DNA of 64,000 nt from Lingula anatina (lineage: Eukaryota > Animalia > Brachiopoda). The position numbers and the translations under genes are program-made. The notes below the pieces were generated by a model, which did no database searches, was not told the DNA's origin, and saw only the letters and a program-made list of their open reading frames with translations. Shown here in pieces: positions 14,301 through 27,819 of the stretch. Numbering within the stretch: the stretch's first letter is position 1; each line of letters starts with the position of its first letter. The DNA lies in NCBI GenBank assembly GCA_051362555.1, contig CM120642.1, forward strand, positions 25,482,001 through 25,546,000, given 5' to 3'.

Positions 14301-17300
14301 CAAAATACATAATCAGTATACTCCACCATAATAAATGCATAATTAATGTGGATTTTAAACAGATGGGACTAGCTTCCTCTGGTGCATTTGGGTTCTAACC
14401 AACTCTGCTTGTTTCTGTATTGGGACACAGGAGATTTTAATTGAGTAATTCTCCCTTGTTAGTGATAGTGGCACCTTCTACCAGTCAAAATGTTAAAGGA
14501 CTTGGCAACTCAGTCAAAAGAAGACTTTTGATCTACAGGGAGAAGAGTTTAAGACTGAATGAACAAATTCCATTATCTTTATAGAAACCCTTTTGAGTGT
14601 GCTGTAAGTTACTGTTTTATTAAAAAAAAGAGCCTGGTGATGCCATTTTAAAGTTGTGCACCAATGCATTTATATATAATTAGTCACTCTCACTTCCCAT
14701 TTTCTTCACATTTATACAGTGCTGTACACATATAAAATTCATTATTTTGGTAATAAAATAATGTGAAGCACCAACTCAGACAAGGGCTAGAGAGATTTTT
14801 TAGACCCTAAGATACTTCTAATGTCCATAAGACTGTACTGATAAAGTATTAACTTCTATGAAGGAGAAAAAACAAAGTCAAAAAAATCTATAACTATCAG
14901 ACTGAATGATTAATGTGCTATCAGCCACTAAAACAAGCATCCTCTGCACTCTTGTAGAACGCCTTTGTAACAGATATGTTGTGTCGCAGATGTTAAACCC
15001 CTGTCATAATGAATAACTAAGTCTTCACTCCCACGCACTGCTGATAAGCTGATAAGCACTCCAGATAGCATTCACACGACATCATCGCAGGCACAGTTGT
15101 TAATAGTTTTGTGATGTCACCTTGCTGACTAGAGCCTGTGTTCACTGGCTATGGCATTCCAGCGGCACGATCAATTCCTCCTGGAAAACATGCTGACCCA
15201 GACACAACTCTCTAATGTTTGAGCTTGGTGCCTAGAGACTTGATAACAGGAATTTCCTCTTCAAAACATCCCATAGGTTTTGAATTGTCCAGAAAACAGT
15301 TGTCAATAAGTCAAAATACGTGGGTGTTAGAACATTGTAGTCGAGTGCAATCAATTGATCCCAAATGTTTAAGTGAGAAAGAGTCAAGTCAAATGCATGA
15401 TTTACCTGTAACAAAACCTTTGTCAATCGAAGAGTGGTATCAACAGTATTGTCAATGATCTTGAACAGATGAAACATATTTACATCCTGTCACTTTGCAG
15501 CAAACATTTCTTTAACAGTTGTAAAATCTTAAGCTTTTTGAAAGTATATATGCTGGTCTTTGGCCCACATTAATTTCCAAAGATAAATTTCAAATCTATA
15601 TTAGAAAAAGAAAAAGCAGAGGGAAAAAAAAATCCAGGTAGCAGAATCACTTCTGGTGTGGTGTGAAATACATACATCTCTGGTAATAATACCCATAGTA
15701 CAGATGTTGGCACAAATTACGAATTTGCTATCTTTCAAGAGAATACAAAATCAACAGAAGGTACTTGATCAATGAATTATCATTCCAAGATGTCTGCCCT
15801 CCACAGGGATCCTCCAGAATCCTATCCTTTGCCCTCTTTTCTGATCAATAGTTCACGGTGGATTCAACAGTCAATAACAATATTTTCTACCAAAGCAAAA
15901 ATTCTTTTTTACATCTAAAATGATTTTCCAATGAAAAAAAAATTCCCCGTCAGATTCATCTCACAAAGGACATCAATTACCATTCAGTTAACGTTATGAT
16001 AAAAGTCTGTAATTGGGTTGAGCAAAGGTACCTTGATGTAGTATGGACTACAAATGTGTCTGTTATCTTGACAGACTTGAATTAAGCTGAAGATTTAAAG
16101 AGTTTTCTGATTGTTCATCAGTTCCTGTTATTCTCTTTGACATCCAATAGTCTGAAAAAATCCTATTTACCCTATTTCCCTGTTGAAATCTAAATGCAAT
16201 TGAGTTGCATGACCTTTTCAGAATGCTGTTTTGTACTACAACATGCATACTTTCTAATTAATCAGTCTCCTGTATGTGTAAAACATTGTGAACATGGGCA
16301 TTTACCATTAAAATCCTTTTCAGAATCTATTATAAAATTTTGTGTGTTCAATGTCTTATTTATAATTAATGTCATTAGTCACAATTTCTTTATATACAAC
16401 ATGCAAAACAAGAAAACAAAAAAACAATTTTATTTGCAAGGTTCAAAACCATTATGTCTTACAATTAAAACATAGACCACATCCTTCACAACAAAGCTTA
16501 TTTCATACTGGCCTTCAATCTTAGATTTCATTACCGCATTTGTCGTCATCACATCATTCATCACACTCAAATATGTACTTCAAGACATCATCCTAAGTTT
16601 CCCTCTCCTCGACTACAACCACAAAGATGATATGTGATACAAAACATGCAGAAATACTAATTAAAAAATTACTTTAAAAAGACCTCACCCATGTTTCTCT
16701 CTTCCCAGCTGGGTCCACAAAGATGAGATGCGTGGCAGTCAGGTACAATGTGCCCACTATTGGCTTTCTTACATTGAAGCGATCCAAAAGACGAACATTT
16801 TCAACCTGGAAATTAAGAAAAAAAAAAAAATCTTAAACAGTGTTTAGGGATGTACACAATCAATTTTTTTTCTTATTATTCACATAATGAAATGTATACA
16901 CTCAAGTCCATACATAACAAATACAATTATACATAACATATTTGCACACATAAATTACAAAGGACATTCAAGAAGTGAAAGTCCCCATCTTTTGATAGCT
17001 GATATACTTAACTATATGTACATAAAGTATGAACCACTTTGAGAATTTCTCAAGAACAGGTCATTAGAGATGGCAAACGGGTATACAAGTAGTAGAAGTA
17101 TGTAAATCAACACTATTTGGAAAACGCTGATAAGTATTGATTAAGCTGGACAGTAGAAAACACTGTCGAAGGTGTCGCTAAGGGGCTATGTAATGATTAA
17201 ATTGGGAATACAGTGAGGACATTTAGTATAATTGCTTTCTGTCTTGCGATGTTAGAATGGCACTGTAACGAACACTGCTGTTGGTGCTGCTGCTCCATGG

Positions 17301-20300
17301 AGAAACCAGGGCACCGTAACTCAAAAGCATCGCAACCGGGTGCAAGCGTCTTGATTCCATAACTCATACTTGCCCCATGTAATACATTGTAGCGTCTATG
17401 TGATATCGCTATTCGCAATATGCGATGCTTTCCAGTTATGGGGCTCAGGTCTCAACAAAAAAGTGTAAAGTGACTTTCTTCATTGCAATTAACCAACAGA
17501 AACTGTTTCATTTGTGGCTAATACAGCATCAAAAGATGGTGATAAATTTGAATTCACACTTCAGTGTTAGCATTTCTGTCACTATTTCTTTTTTAATATT
17601 TCTTAATTTACTTAGAGATCAAGACACACATTTTTTTTGGCCAACTTATTTATCATCACCTATCTGCCTAAACCAAAAGATTCATTTGTCTGAGAAAATT
17701 CCACTGAACAGCTAAAAAAAAAAATCGCAAGAGTTTCAAGTACAGTAAGAATCGGGCATATAAAATTTTCTTCAAATGGAACACTGATATGTTCAATCTA
17801 TAGGGAGTGCTACAGAAAAAAAAATGTCTGCTTAAGATCCCAGCATGATTGACATTAATATCACCAGCAAAGTGTGAATATTTGATGTGCATACAGAGAC
17901 TGAAATACAATACAACATCAATTTGATTGGTACATTATCTGTGGACATGGTAAACGAATCAGTCTGTATCTGGTAGAGCTGCCACAGGATAGTCTTGTAC
18001 AAGGATATCTGAATGTGAAAGAGCTGCTGAAATAATTGCTCCAGATCATGGAAGAAACAAAATCAACTCTCCATTAAAATTGCCTTACATGTGTTTAGCC
18101 ACCTGTTCATAAAATATACTTCAATCATATTTCAGGAAATCATACAAATTCCTTTTCCTGATACAAGGTCTACAACAAGGAGAGCTACACAAAGTGTACA
18201 TTTTTCTTTCTTTTTCCCCCTGATAATGATGGTTTTCTGGATAGCAGCCACTGGCTGTGAAGAAATTAATTTCCGACCTTCTCTGTTAGATTCTTCTAGT
18301 GAGTAGCTTACAGGTAAGATTATAGATTTGTGAATTTTCTTCAGTTGTTACCAATGCTGACCCACTGGTTGGGAGGATCACAAAATCAATAGTTTTCAAT
18401 GAACTTTTTTTCCACAGGCCTGCTTCCCTCATTGTTCTTCCATAGCCAGTTTGCCCATTGCAAAGTTTCTCCAACTGCAGCTTAACTTAAAGATCAATGC
18501 ATGTTAATAACACATAGGCAGAGGTCAAGGGAGCCCCTTTCCTATTGATTACTTTTACAATTTAAATAAGAAATGACTGTACCAATACATAAATGAGTAA
18601 AAATCGGAATTATCCAAATAGAACATTGATATTTCCTTCATAATCAAAGTCAAGGTGAAAAGATGGGTCTGAGCTTTATAATACACATTCAATGGACTGA
18701 TTATTCTGAATTTCATCTGTTGCTGAATTATCATTAAAGCATTGCATAGAACTGAAAAAAATATTGACAGTACCTTTAATTATATGATAAACAGCACATA
18801 ATATCCCTGTGGTTTTGAATCAAGTATTAGGTTTTTCTGCCAAGCTTGTATCAAACACCAGGACCATTTATTCTGACACTGACATCATCAGAGAATGACA
18901 ATAAAATCCACATCCAGACTCCTGAAGGCAACATTAATCCCTTTCCTGTCTTGACAGACCACAGAAATATCATACAATGCAATTTACTTATCATGCAATT
19001 TTCCTGAAAGGAAAAAACCCCAAAGACACTTCCCAGAAAGACTGATCCTCTATCCACCCGTCTATTCCACCTACATACTTGTACAATTCAGAAAGCCAGG
19101 GGAAATTTCCTTAAACCTTAACTTAGCTAATCAAATATCCTTAAACCCTTAAAGATTAATATTTCATCACTGGATGTTCTTATGGTGCCTGGAATTGCCA
19201 AGAAGGTCTAGAAGTATAGAGTCCTGCACAGTACTTATAAGTACTTATAACTTCTTAGCAGCAAAATATGTTATTAACCTAGCCCATTGAAAATTTATAT
19301 CCTAGAGCATTGCCTTCCTGATTAAATGTCATTACACAACCTGCCTCATTGGCAAATAACAATGAATCACTCAAGAATTATGTTAAAATTCTCTTTTTAG
19401 ACACAAAGTGTTGGTATATCGTATTAGGGTCTTCTTACAGAACTGCTTCACATCTATGACTACTTGTGCTGTAACACTGAAAAATTGGAGCTAATTCACA
19501 AGAATCGGTCCTGTTCTGCTTCCAGTCTACCAGAAGGAAGGAATGCTGATTGCAATTTACAACAATGATTTCTAATGCATGTTGTCAAGCATTCAGATTC
19601 TGATAAAGCACACACACAAAAAAATAAAATTGTAAAAAAATTACTATGTTTAAGAGAAGATTGTAACAAAATTGTAAAATTATAACAGAAACGCTTCATA
19701 TAACAACCAGAGTGAATGAATCTGTTATTCCTCCACTTAATGCATACTGTATCGTCTCCTCAGAATTTCAGGGGCCAGTGGGGTGGAAAAGTCAACAGAG
19801 TCTGCAATCATCCATCTGAGGCATCGCTGGGGTACATGCTCAGGTCATGCAGAAAGCATTGCTTCAGGAAAGTTATCATTTTCCAGACAATTTTTCTCGG
19901 TATTCTATACAAATACTGCCATGGTATAAAAAAAAACTCATTTTTCACTGGATTGATTTTATAGGATCATCGTAACATGAAAGCCAGGCCAGTACTACTT
20001 ACCCAAGCTCAAAGTTAAAAAGCTAAAAGAAGTATTATATTGGTCATGAATTCGGGACAATTTCTTACCCTTGTCATCTCTGAGTCTAACTGGAACATAC
20101 TAAACAACGGTGCAGTGAAATTGAACAGTTGATGGTGCCAGCTGACTGTATGAGTATATATAGTAAGTTGATATGAGCCTCAGTTCAGTCCTATTTATAT
20201 GTATGACCAAAATTAACATTGTTCACAAGTAACTTAAAGCGTAATTAGTTCCATCATCAGGCAAAAATCTTGTCCAATATGGAAACACCTGGCGTGCATC

Positions 20301-23300
20301 ACTGTATAACCAATTTACATGCAATCAAACCATTTTTATACATTGTAAAGTTGTATGCGTATTCTATGCACGAGATATTGCAATCTACACAAACGAATAT
20401 GGCCCTAATTTAAATGACTGGTACTGAGGCAGCAAGAATGGCGGGCATCTATCTATCTTTACATAAAAAAAAAAACAACTCACATTGCACTGAGGCAATA
20501 CTTTATGCACAATGGCTAAAAGTGGGTAACTAAAAAAACGTCAATTAAAAAAAATCAATTTATGAAATGTGCTATCAAGGGTACTAACTTTCTTTAATTT
20601 ACCAGCATTTTTTTTTTAAGTTTAAAAATGAAAAAACATGAAGTAAGAAAAGTGTTCTTATTAGAATATTTCAAAAGTAGACAGTTGTTTGCATTCCCAA
20701 ACCAATACCTGATATGTACTGAGATTTGACTCTTATAGATCTCTATAGCACTAACTGCTTTTAGCCTTTACATTGCCTGGGAACAACACTGAAGTCTCTA
20801 GAATAAAGGAGTAAAATACACCTCAGTAAGTTCATACTTGTATTATTAATTCATTCTTACATACTTCATACTCTTACCTTTTTAATCCAGTCATCTGGAA
20901 TCAAATATGGGTGTTGGTTACCCATAGAAAAAAAAATAGAAAGTAAACCACAATAATGGTCCAGAAAAGTCATTCATGCAAAATGAAATACCAATGTTAA
21001 TCACTTTCGCCTCAGAATAGAATCTCATCAAAACTGCGAGCAATTCAAAACAGCAACTCCTACAACAGACAAGAAAACTTCTTATCCGGTGAAAATATTC
21101 CAAAGAAGGAAAGATCAAACAGCAAAGTTCATCAACGTTCAGCTCTTTACTGACTTGCCCAAAAGCACATTGCTTGCAGTATCTAATGCCATATAACCTT
21201 GTGCCGCTCCATTATTGCGGCACTGTACAAATAGCTAAATGAGAGCTCTGCAGTGAAAGTTGCTGTCATTAATCTGTCTGTATGGCACAAAATCATCTCC
21301 TGAAGAGCCCTTTAGAATTAAAAATGTATGCGACCAATCCCCGTCATTATTCCTCATCCGTTCCAGTACAGAAGCATAAAACCCTTTATAAAGGCGTGGA
21401 TAGAACACCTGTGTTGCATATATTACTAGTACCTTTACACTAGAGAAAAATCATCCCTCTAGATAACTGCAGTAAGTACCTTTCTATAAATTTCAATACG
21501 CATCACTTTAATTTAACCCAACTTTCAAAGGTTATCAAATATCAAACAAATATTTCTGACAATGAAAAAAAAATCAGTAATATCACAACTTCTAATCCTT
21601 AGTATGATAATATATTTTACATAGAAAAAACTTAATTGATACCACAGGACATTCAACTGAAGCCACAAAAAACAAAGATGCCTCAAAATTTCCCATTTTC
21701 TAGTCTTTAACTTCCGATATTCACCTGGGAATCAGCAAGCTCTTAGCGATTTGATAGCTTGACAATACTACAACAAAACAGTTACCTGTGCTAAAATGAA
21801 ACAATTGTTACCACCACCAAAGGACCCTCTGGGACTATTTGCAAAAAAAAAAAAAAAAAGTGAACATAAGTAGGTAAATCCATACCAGAAACACAGACAA
21901 AACAAACTTTTTGAACTCGTATCGTTTAGCTTCCTCTATGATAACACAGAGATTTCCAGAATTCTCCTCGGCCAAAATCTGCCCCTACCTTCAATGTCCC
22001 CTCTGGTATATCTTGGTGACTGTCAAAAAGCCCCACCACACGGGGGACGCAGGCTTCAACCTTCCCATGGACATGACTCCAAAAGTCAGTAGCCAGCTTA
22101 AGAGCCATGAAAGCCATCCGCTCTGCTGAATGTAGTTTAAGTGCATGGACTGTGCTCTTATTGATTTCTCTCTACCTTATATCGCAGATCTATTCAGAAG
22201 CAGCTAGCTCAGTCAGCAGCAGTTCACTCAGTCACCATTTCTTAGCTATTATGATAGTGGTCCCTGTATTGGCTGGCTTGGGAGGCTGGTAGTCGCCACA
22301 ATGAGACAGATGTGTAGCTAACAAGCACTATTGATTTTGCATAAACTTTCTATTGGATCTATTCTCGACAGAGGATACCCAATGATGTAATATTACTTAA
22401 TAATCATTTAACAGATAACCCCTCTTTGTTATCATATAAATATTAGATAATGTGAGTTCAATCCCCACACTTTCTTAGTCTTATATGATCATGGATAGTC
22501 TATAGCCTCAAGTCTTTTTAAACCCAAGTATTATATCTAGATCAAGGGCGGTGATCCTTTTTTTAAGTCTGCCACTTACATGATTTATTGCTTACAAGCC
22601 GATATTCTAAGGCAAAATGCACCCAAATAAATAATTTTAAGGCAAGTTTTACCATATTCAATTTAATTGTTATCACTACAAACAAAGTTTACCTACAACT
22701 GTAACAGAAGTCTATTTACTTGCATCTATCTGTCCATAAATTTACATCCCCAGACCTCAGTACATTCAGGATAATAAATATACATATGATATGTTGTATC
22801 TTAAAATGTTCATTGTTTTCTTCCATTGGCTGACAAAAGCACTATACACGTGGAGGGCCATATAATAGAGAGAGAAACACTTGACATGCAAATTTAATAT
22901 TTTTCACCTTGGGAGTACAGTTGTATGTGCAACCTCAAATTGCTGCCAAGTATAATCTAATGTTTATTATGATTAAAATTGAGTAACACTAGGGAATATC
23001 AAATGGGATATTTGCGGGAAGAAATAGAGAAATAATGTGATAACTGGACGCAAGGGATGAAATTAGACTTCTAACACACATGCGTGAACCTGTATAGTTG
23101 TAACGGTAGTCCATGATCATCTGAGGGGCTTCTTTGGAGCCTGGAATCTATCTCACCAAAGGGACAGAGGATTAGAATGACCCCTGGGTCAGCTTAGGAT
23201 GAGAGAAAAAAGAAAAAAAAAACTAAAGAAAGACTATTTTCTTCCCAATCTCCACCCCCCATTTTATTTAAAGCTAATAAAATTGAAAGAGTCTTCATAT

Positions 23301-26300
23301 ATTTTGATCTTATTTTCACACACTGAAATAGTGATGCAACATAAAAAATTAACTTTCCCCATCATTAATTTTTGTGAAAATCATAGGCAGCAAAATAAAA
23401 CTGAAATGATGTCTGTCCAATTGTGGGAAAAAAAAAGATTACCAAAAGGCATTATATAAATAATAATTAGCAAATAATTTCAGTAAATCTCCCAAGAACT
23501 AGGGGAAAAAAGGAGGAGGTGGGAATTAATGAAAATGTTATGGAAAATGTAACATTCTATCTGCACTGCTAGCAGTTGCCTTAAATGAATAAATCATATT
23601 GTTCATCAAAAGTGAAATTAATGAAATAATCAAATGTGGTTGGTGATAATAAAATTCCATCTGTTTCTATCTCCCACCAATCACACCCCCAATGTTAAGC
23701 ATGAATTATTCATTCTCACCAAACCAGACAAAACTGCCAGTTCTACATCAAAATTGATAAATGCCAATGAATATAATGCAATGTGCGTCAACTTGTTAAA
23801 CTCAATGCACTAGAACAGAGGATAGCATTGGAAAACAATCAGTCACTTTCAGATGAATGCAAAAAAAACTATTATTTGATGATGCAAGGGAACACTGCAC
23901 TGCACATACAATGAAAGCAAATTAAGATGACTTTTACGATTACAGTCATTTCCTCAAGTGATGAAGTATATATTCAGACTACAATACAGATTCCTTTCAC
24001 TTAACATAATGTCTGCCTTGCATGGTAAAGAGTCCTAGTATCCCACAGTGGGAGAAAATACCTTGGATTGTACAAAACTCACTTGCCTCCATTGTATTAT
24101 AATACATGTCATTGGGAAAAATAACTGGAAAAAGATTCTTGATGAAAAAGACCAGGTCACATTTGTAAAACAAAAAAACTTTAATCTCTAGCCCAAAGTT
24201 GACTTCACCTCAGTCTTGTTTTAATCATTATTGACAAATTAAATTCTATACCAAAACCTGCTCCATCATCTTCTTATTTTTGTTTTGGATGGAAAGTGGA
24301 AAGTCATTACAATCAGATCCCCACCCCAAGCTATCCTCTATGCATTATCTGGAATTTTGACATTTTCCTCGGGACCAACAACTGAAGTAAAAATATTTAA
24401 CCTAAGTATGTGAGTGTTAAAATCAATTATTTGTTATAAGTAACAAATGTCCCTTAATTTTGTGCACAAAAAATAGCCCATATGCCTTTAATGACAGTTC
24501 CTAATAAAAACACTTCATAACAATACTTATCATATTTTTGAAACTGTCAATATGCAAATTGATGAAGTATATGAAAATCAACACACTAGTACATATGCAG
24601 ACATAAAAAATAAAGAAATGCACATAAATTCATCAAAGACAGTTTTCGTAAGAAAGTTATATATATACAGGGAAACACTGAATTTTCATGAAGATTTACG
24701 CAATTTTCACCTCAAACATCCATTAATAGCCTTTCTAACAACACTTCCAAATGAACGTATATGTTATAAATTTGTATCTGAACACAAATTTTGAATTCGT
24801 TGGATTAACTATACCTTGTACAGACACAGGAGATCAGAACGCACACTTTGAATGTATCACCATGTATAGATATAGTCAACTGCACATTTTGAATGTTCAA
24901 ATACTATAGGCACTTAACCTACTGGTCATTCCTTCTTTGAAATGTTATCAAAATACCAGTACATTACTAATAATTCTGGAGTACTGAAGACCTGCAATCC
25001 AAAATATGCTGTTCATATTAATTTCCCAATAGTGATAATAATAAAATAATAATAAATTCATCTGTCAAAAGAAAACACTTGGGCAACCAACCATGGCCTC
25101 AGCTTTCTGGCATCTCTTACCTTGACTTTCCAATAATGGATTACGTCATCCGCAACAAGATGTTGTAAAATTGTATTCCTCAAGTTAATAAAACACTTCA
25201 TCACTGGTAGACAAAACATTGGAAAGATAGCCACCAAATGCCGTTTAAAATGATGATTTAGAAAAAGTCTCCACGGTAGGAATTGATCATAGCTGACTAA
25301 AGAATTCAATACAGCCCATTAAGAACTGAATTCTAGATGAGGTTTCTTGCATTGAGTGCTATATAATTCATTCAACCATCAGGTTAGCATGTAGCAATAA
25401 GCCAAACTAAAGGATGTCTTAGAAATAAATATAGCACTCGCTCATTTGGGCATTCTCTAAGGGGGTATTGGAAATTCCTACTGCCTGTGAAAATAACAAG
25501 GCAGAAGATGTCCAAATTACAGTCAAATCCCAATGAACCTTTATTCTATCATCTGGCAAAATAACTTCCCTTTCATTTCAGCTTCAGGAGGTATTGACAA
25601 ACATCTGAAATATATCAGTTCATTTCTATGCAATTTTTTCAACAGGGCCTATTGGTGAATCATGCAATGATAACATTTGCAGATCAATATGTCCCATCCT
25701 GTATTCAGTGGGACTAGGAAATGATTCAGCCTTTATGTATCATGGGTCGAAATATTGACAGTGAAGGAATTCATGCATACCTATACATATTATTTTCATT
25801 AAAAAAATAAATAAAACAGAGAAACTTATTCAGGTGTATGCAATAGATTTATCATAGTGGATGGATTTGCCTGGACATAATTTGGAGGTACAATTAACTG
25901 CTACTCTTGAGCAACACTTTTACATCTGCTAGCACAAAATGGACTTACTAGTAGTAGTAGTTAATGAACCATCCAAGCCGATAAATCCTGACTTAAAAAT
26001 ACAAAAGCCTGAATACTGCAACACTGTTATCACTGGCCAGTGGTTGGTGACTAGCAGTAATTACATTTTTCAATCATTCAAATTAAAAAAAGCCTGAAGT
26101 ACTGGGTTGATGGCTGTTTAAACACAATGCAAATGTTTACTTGGTGGATACGAGTCATTGTGACAACAGTGATTGCGTCAGAGAAGCACTTTATTTCACA
26201 AGTGGCACTCTGTCACAATCACGTCACATGTAGAGACCAGGCATCACTTGAAATAATACTGAAATGGCATTTTTGCTTTGAACATTTCCATTTTTATGTT

Positions 26301-27788
26301 TAAATTAAAAAACTTTGACTTAGTATTAGCATTTCCAAAATTAGCATGTAAGGAAATAACAAATGAAATCAAACATTTTTATGTAAGATAATTGTAGGCA
26401 GTTCAGCATCATCTTAATAAAGGACCTTCTCTGGCTGTTAGTTCATTTCTTCATATGCATAGATTCTTGTAAATAAAGTAATACTTTGTTATGTGCTTAT
26501 ATGAGCAAATTGAACTTCTTAATGTAAATTAAAAGTTAACATGGTAAAACCTTACAAAAATTTTTCATTTGTACATTGTCAAAATCTGAAAGAGATAAAT
26601 CCATTACAACCAAGTGACATACAGAGTACAAGTCATAACATTAATTTAAAGATAATAGGTCCCCCTAAAAGTATCTTCCGGACCCCTGCAGTTCCATCTT
26701 TTTACAACAAGATCACTGCTTTTAGCAACATTGTTAATGGGAAACATTGATTTTTTTAAAAGAATGCCCTGTACAGATTTCTAGCTATTTCCATGGGGAA
26801 TGAAAGTAATGAAAGTCCTATTCCTGTCTGTTCTTTCACTGCTTACTGCTTTTCAATTTGCCATCAGTTTTTATGCTGATACCAATGCAAAAACATATTG
26901 ATTTTAAGTTTTCAACCCGAGTTTCCATAATCTCTATGCCTTTACTGAATTATTAATCAAGCCTGTTGTATTCTTGCCAAGCCCATATCAAAGCACATGT
27001 GGTTCAATACCCTATAAGTATACCTTCTCTGCCCTTTAGAAAATAATCAATATGACAACAATCCTCTTGTCCTCTCAATTTATTATGCCACAAAACAATT
27101 TAGCCTTGGATTATACAGTTGCATGGAATATGATGTCATTTTACTAATGACTAGTATTAGAGTACAGCTGGATTGGCTTTTCTAGTAAGATTTATTGAAG
27201 AGAACTGAGCACATGGTTCAAGTATTGACACCATGTCAATGTAATGGTGAGCTTAACTGCAGTCTGAAGTTCATTAAAGGTACATTCACATCTAATACGA
27301 GAGAAGGAAATTTAATAAAACTACTCAAAACAAAATATAAATTGAGTGAAAGATTTCATTATTCTACTAATCTTTTTCAAAGAGAGAAAGCCACAAATGG
27401 ACAAATATAACAGAATTTGCAAATAAATAATTTTAATTTACATAAAAATCACTATTGTTGGGCTATTAGGAAAACAAAGGAATGACACCTTATATTTTAT
27501 CAACACATCAAATACAAGTACAAGCAAACCACAACTAAAATTTACTAACACTGAAAAAAAGAAACGAAGGATCTTAATGAAGGTGCTTTAATACCTTTCC
27601 CTCTTTAATGCCTGAATTCCATGCTTCCAGAAACTTTGCCTGAAACAATAAGTTATTAATGAGATGACAAGGTTATAAATTCGCACAGTCTGTACTTGGC
27701 TGCCATAAAAATGATCTGTAACAGACAATCCAACAAGTCACAAATGACACCAAAGTGTCACAGATTGGTGACTTCTAACATGCAAAAA

Positions 27789-27819
<31 letters not shown>

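Noticed and set aside
18001-18008. ATATCCTT on the minus strand, resembling a U12 AT-AC donor
   Set aside because: No matching U12 branch point or AC acceptor found, and the upstream ATG segment is in the wrong phase.
21480-21503. Further short first-exon candidates MRIEIYRK|GTACTT and MTRIHQ|GTAAAC (26158-26141)
   Set aside because: Phase fits but donors are weak and segments very short; consistent with chance.
22904-22916. 13-nt match to the end of MTMR exon 1 (ACTCCCAAG|GTGA)
   Set aside because: An in-frame TGA lies upstream with no ATG after it; likely chance or a decayed copy.
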